Below, in pieces: positions 36,201-48,996 of a stretch of DNA of 64,000 nt. Within the stretch, counting starts at the first letter, position 1, and the number at the start of each line of letters is the position of its first letter. Both the position numbers and the translations under genes were made by a program. The notes below the pieces were generated by a model. The model did not search any database and was not told the origin of the DNA. It saw only the letters and a program-made list of their open reading frames with translations. The stretch comes from Ylistrum balloti (lineage: Eukaryota), in NCBI RefSeq assembly GCF_031769215.1, contig NW_026781955.1:1178001-1242000 (forward strand), given 5' to 3'.

Positions 36201-36356
36201 ACTGACCAAACGTGATGTTTGTATAGATTATACAACAAAGTCAACTTTGTAGCGATGTAACGTAATGCATTTACCTGTGAAAAGAACAACCTTACAGGAA
36301 CAACATCCTATCAAAATGACAACTCCGATGTACCTTAGCCATGCAGATGACGCCAT
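33276..36356 (-). CDS. Secreted Ser/Gly/Arg/Thr-rich intrinsically disordered protein (~820-830 aa), no recognisable domain
   Basis: A 2.4-kb exon spans 35683-33276 (acceptor tttcaag). An upstream exon from ATG 36356 encodes a signal-peptide-like MASSAWLRYIGVVILIGCCS, with two possible phase-1 donors (36296 or 36275), both in frame with the large exon. A probable 5'UTR exon ends near 36743 (gacag|gtaatt). Confidence 0.8.
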
Positions 36357-37699
36357 ACCTGTAAAGGAACCAGTCGGATACAAAGTATATCATGAATAAT
36401 TGGAATGTTCAAAAAGAATCTACAGTGATCCGAATATATTACCAATATGAAAATTATCAGTTTCGAACTGATTACCTATGATATCAAATTCTTTGCTTCG
36501 GCCTCTGTGGCCCTTTATCAGGTTAATGAATCCTAGTAATCACCTAATCTAAAGTCAATAACTGTAATATCACATTTTTTGCTCCGCCTGCATTGCAGAT
36601 TATTAGTTTTCGTCTGAAAAAAGGACAAAAATATCGAAACCTAATTCGAACACTTACATGTAAAAACAAATCAATACATCTCTGCAGTTAAGATATTGTA
36701 TAGATGTCATTATTCTTAATGAAGATTACCTTCAAATTACCTGTCTGATCCAGAGGTGGTACTGCTCCCAGCCAGACTCAACAAGGAACACACTAACATT
36801 CCCATGATAACCGAATCTTCAGTTGGACAGGTATTTTTACACTAAAATGCAGCCGTGGGGGACATTAGGGATATATCAAGAAGGACGTCGAACAAAGAAT
36901 AAAAACAGAGAAGCAAAAAAATTAATTCACGTTGTCAAAAAACAAAATTAACTTCACTTTTTCGTTATTTATGATAGTAGGATAAAAGTGTATGGAAACC
37001 GCAGTTTCATTTTTAAAGTGATCAAAATGTTCGTGCAGTTACAAAAAAGTTCTGTATTTGTCTTACCTGTCCCCATGTATACGATCAAAGCATATTGCAT
37101 CTGCAGTATTGTTGTACAACATGCTCCTCGTTTGTGCTATTGCAGACAAAATGACGGAAGTACATGTCTTACAAACTGTCCGGTTCAGACTTTAGACACT
37201 ACCGGATGTAGACTACACGTGTAATAAACGCCTTGAAACACTAGTCATTATACAAAACTTCAATAAATTCGTGTCTGTTCTTAGAATAATGTTTTATTGT
37301 ATTTTTAAGTCTCAAATCTAATTTCTTGAAGTCGGTGACTTACTTAATTATTCATTTTAAAAAAGTACTGACGTATAATGCCCCCGCCCCCCAATGTTAA
37401 CATAAAACTGCCATAACAGATGCATCCCATCAGAGGATATAATGCAAAAGAAGATCATGATGTATTCATATCAGAGAAACAAGACGGGAAGACTAATTAG
37501 GGGTTCAGGAGACCTTTGATTACACGGCGATATATTTCGTACCTGTGTTTGAGATAAAAGCATTCTCATTCTGGAAAACCACACGTCACATATACCAAAA
37601 ACATCCTGATCTTCTCTAATGTCTACGATGTATAAGATATCATTATTGTAAACTAGAATATTTAAATGTTCGGTCATTTTGTTTTTCTGATTAGACCCT

Positions 37700-38520
37700 A
37701 AGTTAAATTGAAGAGACCAGGGACCAAGGGGCCCATAAACACGAAATTTGAGAAAGATTTATGCATTAATCATCTCGCAAGAGTGATGACAATTTGTCAA
37801 AGTGAAAATCGAAAATGGCCGCCTGTCAGCTAGTTTGTTTTTTTCTGACTAGTCCCAAAATCAAATATGCACAACTAGGGACAAAGGGAAACATACATGT
37901 AAAATATAAGAAAGATCCACTGAGAACTTCACGAGAAATAGTTAAAACAAACCTTACTTGGTGAAATCCAAGATGGCTGCCTGTCGGCTATTTTGTCTTT
38001 CTGATCTGACCCAAAATCTAATGAGCACAACAAAGGACATAGGGAATCTACATATGAAATTTGAGAGAGATCAGTTCAGCACTTCTGAAGAAATAGGACT
38101 AACAATCTGTATTCGGCAAAAATTCAAGATGGCTGCCAGTAAGCCATTTTTTTATCGGTCCCAAAATCAAACAGGTACAACTATGTACCAGGTGGAACCT
38201 ATAAAAGGAATTTGAGAACAATCAATAAGAAGTTCTCAAGAAATAGCGATAACAAATTTTAGAAGAATTCAAGATGGCCGTATGTAGGCCATTTTTTCTT
38301 TCTTTCTGGTCAGACCCAAAATCAAACAGACACAATGAAAGACCAATGGTAATCTACATATGAAATTTGAGAAAGATCCAAGAAGGCCGCCTGTTAGCAA
38401 TTTTGTTTTTCTGATCAGTCCCAATATCAAACGGGAACAATTAGGGACCGAGGAAATCACACAAATGAAATTTGAAATGTTGTTTACAAAATTATTTACG
38501 GATAGATGACTGACGACGGA
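37700..38520. mobile_element. Oyster HINE/Helitron-like element with ~150-bp internal subrepeats
   Basis: Recurrent aa(a/g)atggc(c/t)gcc...cccaaaatc...aactaggga...atatgaaatttgagaaagatc units at 37812, 37969, 38125, 38270 and ~38380. Confidence 0.65.
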
Positions 38521-38951
38521 CGTATGGCGATTTGAAGTAATAGTGACAGCGAGTATTCAAAGTAATATGTCACATTGAGTCAAAGATGTGCATTTCAGAT
38601 AAATCACAACAATATGAAACGGAATTAACTACGACGCGCTTTCTTGACCTTTGATGGTTTGATATGAAGTATTTTATAGTTTAATATAGCAAAAGACTCA
38701 GTATACAGAACAGTCGTCACTTTCTGTAAGCGATTACACTGAACGTTGTTCCCGGGTGTCTTTTTACAAAAAAAGGAAACATAAACCAGTAATAAAAAAT
38801 ATATTTCTGAGACATTTACATTGAGGATGTCTGATAAATGCATGTCGTATTTTTTAAAAAGAAAATCAGTCAGAGAAAAGTTGAAGCCCCAGATCCCTTC
38901 AGACCTGTATAACTCTCCTATGTGGAGATACGTTTGTGGTCTTCACAAAAA

Positions 38952-41900
38952 ATGGCGGATTTAGAAGATGGGGAGATACTTGATTCGGATGAAGAGGTCT
39001 GTTCCATCTCAGTGCATTGTCCTGCTGTATCAAAATATTTTGTGTTAAATAAGAATTAGCACTAGCATTGTACTCTCCTTTAATACCCCTCATATCAAAA
39101 TGCATTCACGTCAGTCGTTGCAAACGTACATTCTACGATTTCATATTCGCTGTGTTTACGCACAGCCACAGGTGAAAACACCTGTGATTTTACCCATCTG
39201 CACACAGGCGCCTTTATCTTGTAATTGAATAAATTGCGTTTTATTCCAGCTTTAATGGTATCACTATAAACTTGTGTCATTAAACAATAAAGTCGACACA
39301 ACGTCAGAATAATATGGACAAGGCTAATTGTAGTCCGATGATTTAAAGCAAGTGCGAAAATTTGTAGGAGCGATGTATTGAGCCAGAGACATATACAACA
39401 TATATACGTCTCTGATTGAGCTATCCAGGTTCTAGTCGGGGGTTACACGTGGCTGCTTAACTGAGTAATTATGAACCAGTCACATGAAACATTTTACGTA
39501 TTTTAATCGGAGAACATAAGTAAACAATATATAGTAGCACATGACGCGACCCCTACCCTAAGGCCAGTGCTGGGACACACAACATATATTATACATTTCA
39601 AGGGTCAGCTCTTGGCTTCTCTTTGGACACAGTCAATACAAAGGGACGTGTTCAAACACCCACCTATACAGTAAATAGTAACCTACATGGTGATAGAAGA
39701 CACTACGCCCTCCTTCACTAAGTTTTCCACCTCAAAGACAACAACAACCCAGGTTTGATATCTCAAAGGAAGCATCTCAGATCTCATTTAGCTTCTACCC
39801 TTGGAGTGGTTAACGGAAATAAATTATAGGAAGGAGTAGTAAAAAACTCACTGCCACAGCTTGAGTTTGAACTAGCGACCCTTCTGTTTCTAGAAGGACA
39901 CTCTACTGCTTGACTAAAGAGAAATTCTCACTAGCTGAGATTAGTAATGCAACCTGTACCCTCAACTTCCTACAAATTAATAAAGAACTTCAATTCAGTT
40001 TACCATTTTAAATAGGGTGCATTCAGTCATAAAATACGAAGAAGTCAAACAAATTCCTGACAATCTTGTCTTTCTCCATGTTTTCCTGTCCTGTTTTTTA
40101 ATGCCAGATATAGACCAATATAAAAAGTAGAAGTGAACCATTACGAGAGACTTATAAACAGTTGATGACACATCAGAATAATCAATAGCTACAGTAAGAT
40201 ATCCTAAATATTCCAGTAACGATAGTGGCATACACAGCGAGATACTTATGACAAACACCTTTCAGAGTTGCACAACAATGACTGATAATAAAACAGTTAG
40301 CATCATCTAAGATGTTTATATTACACTAAAGTGCATTGAATTCCCGAGTTGTACCAACACGTAGATTAAATGAAGCCTAACATAACACACGTGACATTGT
40401 AGTAGCTAAACACAAGTAGTTAAGTCTAGTGATCAAATACATGCATATGTTATCATCTTACAAGTATAGTTTCAAATTCATGGAAAAGATTTATAAACAA
40501 TTGCATTGTTATTAATTTTCAGATTCCTTCACCTGTTGAAAACATCAAGAAATTGGATGCTGTCTCTTTGACGTATCCACATGAAGGTGGTGATGTCCCT
40601 TCCTCTTTTACCATGAGACAGCCTTCAACCAAAACCTCATCATTGTCCTATGAAAACCAGAAATATCGCAGCAGACACTTAAACCCACTGCCGGACAGTG
40701 AGGATGAATCATCTGATACCAGCGATGAAGACACAGACCTTTGGCAGTGTAAAAAGGCCAAGTACTTTTCAAAGCCAAGGATTCAGAGTATGGACCTTGC
40801 TCATGAAATTACCTCCCCTCCACGAGGACAAAAGCCACCTTCAAATGATACAGATGAAGATGCAATGGAAAGTCCTCAAAAGAAAAGGAAAGTGAACAAT
40901 GTTTGGGGTTCAGTTATAACAGAACAGACCATCACCCAATCATTCAAAGCTGGTGCAAATGTTGAAAAAAATGAGGAATATGTAGAGGAAAGGGATGTAG
41001 AATCCTATGATTACACGAAGGCTCATCATGATGATAGGCCAAGTCTTGTAGAACAACGGCCTATTCAATCACGAGAAAGCACCGATCCATTTGAAAGTGT
41101 TCTTGATTCCATAGAGGAGCTGTACGATGGTGACTCAAAAAAAGCTGAAAATAGAAAGCGAAAAAGACATGTGAAGGATAGGATTGGTAAAAAGGAATAT
41201 TGTAGTGTTAAAGATAGATTAGGGAAAGAAGAGCATAAGAGTTTGAAAGATAGACTAGGTCATGTAGATCCAAACATACATAGAATTAAAGAAGTAACAG
41301 AGGAAGATCCAGAAGAAAAAGTGATTAAGGCCATATTAGATATGTTAGATGAACCCAACACAGACTTGTTTGGTAAGTGTAGTGCTGATTTACTTAGAAT
41401 GTGGCATTGGTTTAAAATTAATCTGTGGTCTTTTGTTTCTGGAAAAGAGATCTGGAATCAGTGTTTTCTCATAGAACAACCACATGATGTATTGCAGGGT
41501 ACTCTCTATGTTTGAGTGCTTTTACTAAGACAGTGCTGTGGAAAAAACATTTTTTAATTTTTTTTTGTTTGGCCAAAAAAAAAATATAGATGGAAAATGT
41601 AATGGTTACTTAAACTGAAAGAAAATTTTAATATCCACCAACAAACAGCTACGTATACTCTTAAAGCAAAATTTAAAAGTACTAATTTCTGTCACTGATT
41701 ATGGAACTTTTTAGACACTTTGTATGCTGAAATACAGTAAAACCTTGTTATCTCAAACTCTTTTAATTCAAAGACCCTTTATAATTTTAAGTATTTTGTT
41801 GGTCCCAGCTTAACTTTACATTAATCATTCTATATCAAATAAATCAAATAATCTGAAACTCGAAGTTTTCCCAAATTTCTGACAACTTTGAGATATGGTG

Positions 41901-44097
41901 GTTTGACTGTAAATGATATTTGCCAAAATAATTTCTACAATTATGTAGTCACAATCCATACAGAATAGATTCAACAGTATCAGCAATTATTTATGTTCAA
42001 ATCAGATCTTTACTGTTGATCCTTTTTATGGCCTGTCCATTGAATGTTAAAGTTTAATCTGGAATGCAGCTTCAATTCAGGAAAAAAAATCCAAATTTGA
42101 TGGAGTTATTGCCCTTTGCATTTAGAATATTTTGGCAGATGGCAGTTTTTCTTACTTTTTTCTGTTGTTCACAGGTAGAAATTTTGCAGTACTATCAACA
42201 GTTTTGCCATCAGTTCCTATCTGTCATTAATTATCAACCTATGTTTGTAATTTAAATTTGTTTTAAATCCTTATCATCTCTCCTGCAATACTTATGTGTA
42301 CATGTTAATATGCAAGGGGACCGGGGTGGTACTTCATGTGGATGCATATTTCTAGTTTATCATGAAAACCTGTGTTGTATTTATTAATTTTGAATTGTAT
42401 TTTCCTTTGTAGCTAGGATTGTCCGTGTAATTGGGAGAGGTTTGGCCCTGAAATATGCCCACCAGACGGAAGATGTTGAGTCTGCTGGAGGACTGTGGAC
42501 TTATGTATGTTAACATGTTAGCAAGTTTTAAGTGAATATATGGTGGGCAAATGTAACAATAATTTGGTGATATACAGGCTTTCTATGACTTCCTTCAACT
42601 TACTAAGAGGAAGGTGAACTTCATACAAACTTCCATCCCTGTTGTCCATATTAATTATGAAGTACCAGCTGGGTTATTAAAACTCCAGAACAGCAATCTA
42701 AACAGTAGCTGACTGATTACTCACACACACACAAAAAAAGAATTTTTCTTTACAGAAGGTAAACTGAGTGGTGAGACACACTACCTGAAGAAAAGGTATC
42801 AATATTATTCTTAAGTTATGCTGTTTTGTTTTTAGGGTGGTGAACGACGTCGAACACCAGGTGGTGTTTATATACAGCTATTAAAGAACAGTAAAGAGGT
42901 TACTTCAGAACAGACAAAGGAAATATTTGCAGAGGAGGAACTGAAATATAAAAAGGAAAAGCGGAAGTTTCAGCGAGCAAGGAGAAAGAGGTGAATTATA
43001 AGACAACACTTTTTAACATATAATTGCTGTGGTAAAATAGAAGTATGATACTGTATTAGATGGTGACATTGGATGGAAAGGAAAACTCCACCTTGTGGTA
43101 CTTCAATTGTGTTAATATTCAGACTATTTTTCAGTTTCTGAAGTCCAAAATCAGCATTCCAGATTGCCCAACATCATTCTTTTTTGTCCCTTTTGTGTTG
43201 TATGCACATGAATGAAATAACAGGTGTAATGAAAACGAAAATTTACACAGTGATTAACAATTGATAAGAACCCATTTGCTTGTGAAGAGATAAATATGTG
43301 AAATAATTCAGCATGGTAAGTTTTGAATTTCATTACTTCAAAACTATTGGCAAGCTATTTCAGTTGTAAAGTGACATAATATATATATGTAGAGAGAGGG
43401 AGTACAATTATTCAATTTGTTGGCGATCATGACTGGTTTAAGCTGTAGAATTGATTATTTTCCTTAGTATAGTATTACATTACATTTGCATTTATGCAGA
43501 AAATAGATTTGTCAACACTTAAATGTAACATTTCAGACAAAAATTGGGACAGACCTGTAAATAGTAACACAGGCCTCTAAATAGTTAAAACTCACCAGAA
43601 AACAGAATACGATCACTAGGTCCATTCATATATCCTATTTAGGAGCAACACTGGTTCAAGTGGTCAAAACAATAAATAAATATGGCATTTGACACATTAG
43701 ATTACATGTTATACTAGTTCTTATTGAATACATTATCACACAGTTAATTGAAATCAAACATTAAATTTCAAGTTTCATCCTTTAATTCATTGCCATTCTT
43801 ATTATCTATTTCAGACAAAATCAATTAAGAAAAATGTTACCACAATCAAATTACAAATCCAAGAATTCCAAAGAGGGTGGAGCACAGGAAATGGAGATGG
43901 GTAATGAAAATGTTCCCAAAATAAAGAGCTGTGACGAGGATAGTGAAGATGAGGATGGTGAAAAGGACATTGCTCAGGAAATAGAGGCAGTTAAACAGCT
44001 ACAAAAGGAGGCACAAGAAATGGATGAAAATGAATTTTCGTTTGATGATTCTGAAGTACTTGATATTGAACTTGGTGAGTGTGAGAGTATTGACTGA
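38952..44097 (+). CDS. PHAX: Phosphorylated adapter RNA export protein (~474 aa, 5 exons)
   Basis: Exons: 38952-38996 MADLEDGEILDSDEE; 40523-41372 (NNVWGSVITEQ...ERDVESYDY...LDEPNTDLF); 42413-42504 ARIVRVIGRGLALKYAHQTEDVESAGGLWTY; 42836-42990 GGERRRTPGGVYIQLLK; 43815-44097 acidic tail. The RRTPGGV..LLK motif is the PHAX RNA-binding domain signature. Phases are consistent. Confidence 0.93.
39690..39950 (-). mobile_element. tRNA-derived SINE copy
   Basis: The minus strand has the B-box-like ggtcgctagttcaaactc. It shares cgccctccttcac..aagt..acaacaa.aacccaggtt..atatctc with the copy at ~52060. Confidence 0.6.
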
Positions 44098-46197
44098 AAA
44101 AGTAGGGAAAATATTGGTCAAGGAAGGAAAAGTTCATGTGAACACTTGAGCCTAGCAGAAAATTTTGTACGAGAGCATTGACTGAACCAGTGTAGAAACA
44201 ACTATGAGCAACACCATATGTACAGCAGAAATGGATGAAAATGATTTTCGTTCAGTAAATATGTGTTATTGAAACAAAAAAGCTCAGCGGCAACTCTCAA
44301 GGAATGAGGTGGTTTCTGTTGTGATGGTTTTGTGTAATTGAAAGTCTTGGGAACAATTGTTGCAAATTTGGTCAATTTATTACAAAATATTTGTTAATAT
44401 GTTTATTTTGACTGAGAGATGATGTATTATGAAGACCAATAAAACTTCCTCATTCTGATTATATAGTAGTTGGACACCCAATTAACATGTGTATTTGTTA
44501 TTTTTCTTAATCAAAATTTGGTGTATATCACTTTTCGGTAAATTAGTGCAATGATGAAATAATTTGCATATGTAAACACAGGGAGGTATATTACATTATT
44601 ATACGTCCCTGGTGAAGTATACACACAGACACTATAATTAATGTATTGATATTTTAGCACAATACTTTCAGCTCAACAAAAAGGTAAAATAGAATTACTG
44701 GTAGAGTATTTAAAAACATCTATTATTTAATATTAAATCCTGTGCTAGACCTCCTGTTTCTAGTATATGTTGTGCTAGTATCTGTTCAAATTCTTTATAG
44801 ATTCAGTGCCTTGTATTTATTGATTACAATAGGAGGATTTCTACAGATTGTATATGTTAGCTTTGAAAGTGCTTAGAAAAACATGTGCAATGATAAACCA
44901 TCATGAAATTTTACAATGCATTTTTTTCCTTAAACTGTACACAACTTAAGAGATGATTATCAATTCTTACCAATCCCTTCTGTTCCTCTTGGTGTTTTTA
45001 AATTTGAAACTGATAGCAAGAAAAAGATAGTTGACGAGCAGTCGTATTGGGAGTTTGACAAAGTTTGTTATCATTATTTTCAGAAGTTCAAAGAAATTCA
45101 GTACCTTCAGAAGCACTTCTATATTTCATATTGATTATGGTATTGACAGTAATGATCCGACGATAAAGTCATTTGATTATCAGAATAACATTGTTTCTGC
45201 GAGCGAGAAATCTGATCCTTTTACAACTTCTATTCCAAATGTCAGATGACAACCACACTGCAAATGGCGCTGTCGATAAAGAACATATTTTTAAGTTATC
45301 TAAGGATGTTTTTTTGACAAAATTCTAAATACACAAAAAGGAATTTAGATTTAAAAAGTTAAAAGGTTGAAGATATACATATATCAAGAAACTGATAACA
45401 CTAACACACAGTGTTGTCTTGTATGCTATCAGAACTGGAAGATGGAAGAGGCAAAAAGTGTCATAATACCTTTAGTATAAGTCATGAAATGTGGTTTTAA
45501 AGTTTCCCACTGTCATTGCAAGGGTATAGTAGTGTTTTGTACAAAGACACAATCATTTACAACATGGGCAGGTCAAATTCTCAGCATCCTTTGAAACACA
45601 AACTGCCACTGGAAGGGATTATTGAACCATTGTTGCACCTCAAATCTTTCACCTGAGGTTCATAGACCAATACTGCTGCAGACCTGTTTAAGAAGGGCAT
45701 CAGGAATTACTGTGTTAGCCTCATGAAATTGTGAATAAAGAATTGTATTTTGGAGCCTTAAGAACATGCCAATTACCTGTCTTAATAACATTAAGTTATG
45801 CATGTTGAAATTGTTTTCAGTACAAGTAAACTTCCTTGAGCTGGATTAGGAATATGAAAGCCTTACGAGAACTTTGACCTTTGACATTTGATTACAACCT
45901 CCATTCCAACCAGCCAAGAATTCTCTTGTGACCTTGACCTTTCATCTTATTCCACTTATTTCTACAGGCTGATGTTGGTGATCTAACAAAAGTGAGTAAA
46001 AAGATCTGAAAAGAGAAGTTTTGCAACGTTTTGCAGAATGATGTATCCTGCTGATTTTGACTATAAACAGATAAAAAACATCAAAAAGCATGAAAAGTCC
46101 GAGACAACATTACCATTTAATGAGTAAAACATATTTAATACATATTGTTTATAAAAGGTTTTGTCAATTCTCAAAATCTACCTCAATTTTAACTGTT

Positions 46198-46983
46198 AAC
46201 AAGAGTCCTATGGGGCCGGTATTGCTCACCTGGATCTTAAAGGCCAGCAATATTATACATGCTAATAGGTTTGGTATTTCACATCTTTCCAAATTAACGA
46301 TCAGTCACTTAACCACTTCGATATACTTGATAAAACCACAATGGGTTAATTCTTATATCAATACTGTCTTTCTGTTTTGATTTTCAGTAATAGCTTATAT
46401 GGTGAACTGGGTGGTATCTCAAGTACATCAACAAGGTAGAGTTAAAAAAATTGATAGACTTTCCCTACTGGGACCCACCCATCTGGCCGCAAGGGGGAGA
46501 GACCAACCATATACACAAAACTGATTCCTCTTCACCCAAGCATGTTTCAGACCAATTTTGGACACCATCCTGCAATTCCTGAAGAACAAGATAGATTTTG
46601 AACAATTGACATTTTCTGTATTAAGCCCTGCCCCTTTTGTCCCAGGGGACTGAGACCCATTGTTTATATAAAACTGATTTTCCTTCATCCAAGCCTACTT
46701 AACACCAAATTTGGACAATATCCTGCAATTCCTAAAAAAAGATAGATTTTAAAGAAATTTATTGATTTTCCCTAATGGGCCCTGTTCCTTAGGCCCCTGG
46801 GGGGCCAGACCCACCATTCATATAAAACTGATTTACTTTTCCCAAGGATACTTCAGACCAAGTTTAATTGAAATCCACTCAGTCATTCATGAATAGTTGT
46901 GATATTTAATAAAATTGACAGACAATGGACGCTGAGGTATTTCTATAGCTCACTTGGCTCTTCAGGTCTGGTGAGATAAAAAC
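46198..46983 (+). mobile_element. Oyster Helentron-associated (HINE/CvA-like) non-autonomous element
   Basis: Typical ends, from recall of this family: aacaagag...gctcacctg at the left and gacagac...atagctcacttgg...ggtgagataaaaa at the right. Two to three internal ~160-bp subrepeats. Confidence 0.7.
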
Positions 46984-48996
46984 CGTCTTTCAGAAATTAA
47001 ATCATCCTTTTTTCTCCTGATTTGAGTGATACATGTTATACAGTTGTATTCAATTTCAGTAATCTTACAGAAAGCCTGAGATAAGATTCATGTTGATATA
47101 TAATGAAGCTGATGAAATAGTAACTGTTGCTTCAGAAAATTCTTTTTACTAGAAAAGAATTTTCCCATGATAGCTTGCATAATTGTAATGCGCCTCATGA
47201 AATAAAAATCATACCAAAATAAGCAAAAAATGTGATTCCCAGTTTTAATCTCGTGATCTGGTAATAGGGACAGTTATACAATTACACATCTCAATAACTG
47301 TTAAGTGTTGTGCAAACTTCGTCATTCACTTCCTACACATATACCACACTTTCATGAGTTTCATGTGACAAATCCATTTACTCTCAGTCATAACACACTA
47401 ATGCTAAACATGATCACACAACTAGTACATGTATCTTGGTATAACAGTCAAAGTATCAAAGCAGTTTATGTACCAACTGGTGCTATGAACATATTCTTGG
47501 CTGAAACTTAGGATAGTATTACTGTCATATATATTTTTCTGAGGATCCATTTTTCTGTTTTTTATTCATCTAGTTTTTTTCTTCAAAATTTACTTTTTTA
47601 TGGACACTTCATTTCAAGATGAATATATAAAATGTAAATCTACTCATTTTAGCAGTTCTTTGGCATATGAATTAGAGTGCCCACAGAATCAAAGAAAATA
47701 AATCACCCACAACAATTAATGATTCTACAGTATACATAATTGTATTAGTACTGCATGATTACACATGATAATCACCAAAGGTAATTATCTACATAATACC
47801 AAGAAATAGATGGTTAATAAAAGGTAACGACTAGAACTATGTCACATATAATATGTTTAAATGATTGAAAGTGTTTCAATAATTTCAGATTTTAATTCAT
47901 ATAATACTATTACAAATGAGACATAATAATGATATTCAGCAGATTTCAATCTACATAATTGGGCACAAATTTTCAGACTAAGATGTTGCAAAGTTTGAGA
48001 TCTAAACTAGAATGCTGATTTTCATTTATGAGATTAGTTTTGGGTTGAAAGATTAATTAAGCAAAGTTAAATAAGTATTTCTTTTCTTACCAAATTCAGT
48101 TTTCCACATATTTATTGCAATTAAAACTATGCTTTCGTTTGCAGTATCATATCTATATGTAATGACATTTTTTTTTTATTTCTAAAGGGCCTGACAGGGG
48201 TTCTCAGGACATGGTTACTTTCATAGTACTTGATATAATTTGAAATTTATCAGTCTGCATTATCTTTTAAGGTACATATATTTCTATCACTTTGATGTGA
48301 AAAATGTTATACATAGGCGAGCTATGCTTTTCTCCAATAGCTCACCTATTCAGGTGATACCAATTTTATTCTTGTTAAAAATTAGATCAAGAGACCTTTA
48401 GGTCCTGTATTGCTCAACTGGCTTTCTTGGGCCAACTTTTATACCATCCAAATTAAAGAAAAAGGAATCTGAATGGTTTGTTTCTTTTTCTCCTATAAGC
48501 ATTAAACTATTTAGCTATCACCTCTCTACCCTCATGGGGTCAGCACCACTTGTAAAACAAAAAATGGTTCCTACTCCATGGGTGCTTCATGACATGACAG
48601 GAAGGTCCTTATGGGAAAATTTGACAATGTATCATGAAAAACTCAAAATATGTTAAACTGAATTTCTACCCCAAGACTGCTATCAAATTTCCTATTATTC
48701 TGTAAATGTATATAATTCTATAGACTCTTGCTTCAGCATATTGTATAATAAATGTGTGTAAAACAAGATGACAGCTGAATGATAGATATGTTTCCAGCTT
48801 ATCATTTCAAAATTTCTTTATGGACATGTACTAAAATACTAAAATAACAATACTAAAATTTCACCACAAAAATGTATTCAATGATCTGTGATTATCTCCC
48901 TTTTTAAATTTCACATCTGTACACAATTATAAAAATTTAATGAATAAATTAATTTGATGATAAATAATCATTTTCATCAATATATCTTTTTATATG

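Noticed and set aside
41373-41515. C-terminal part of the 320-aa ORF 40553..41515
   Set aside because: It is intron read-through past the PHAX exon 2 donor (tttg|gtaagt at 41372).
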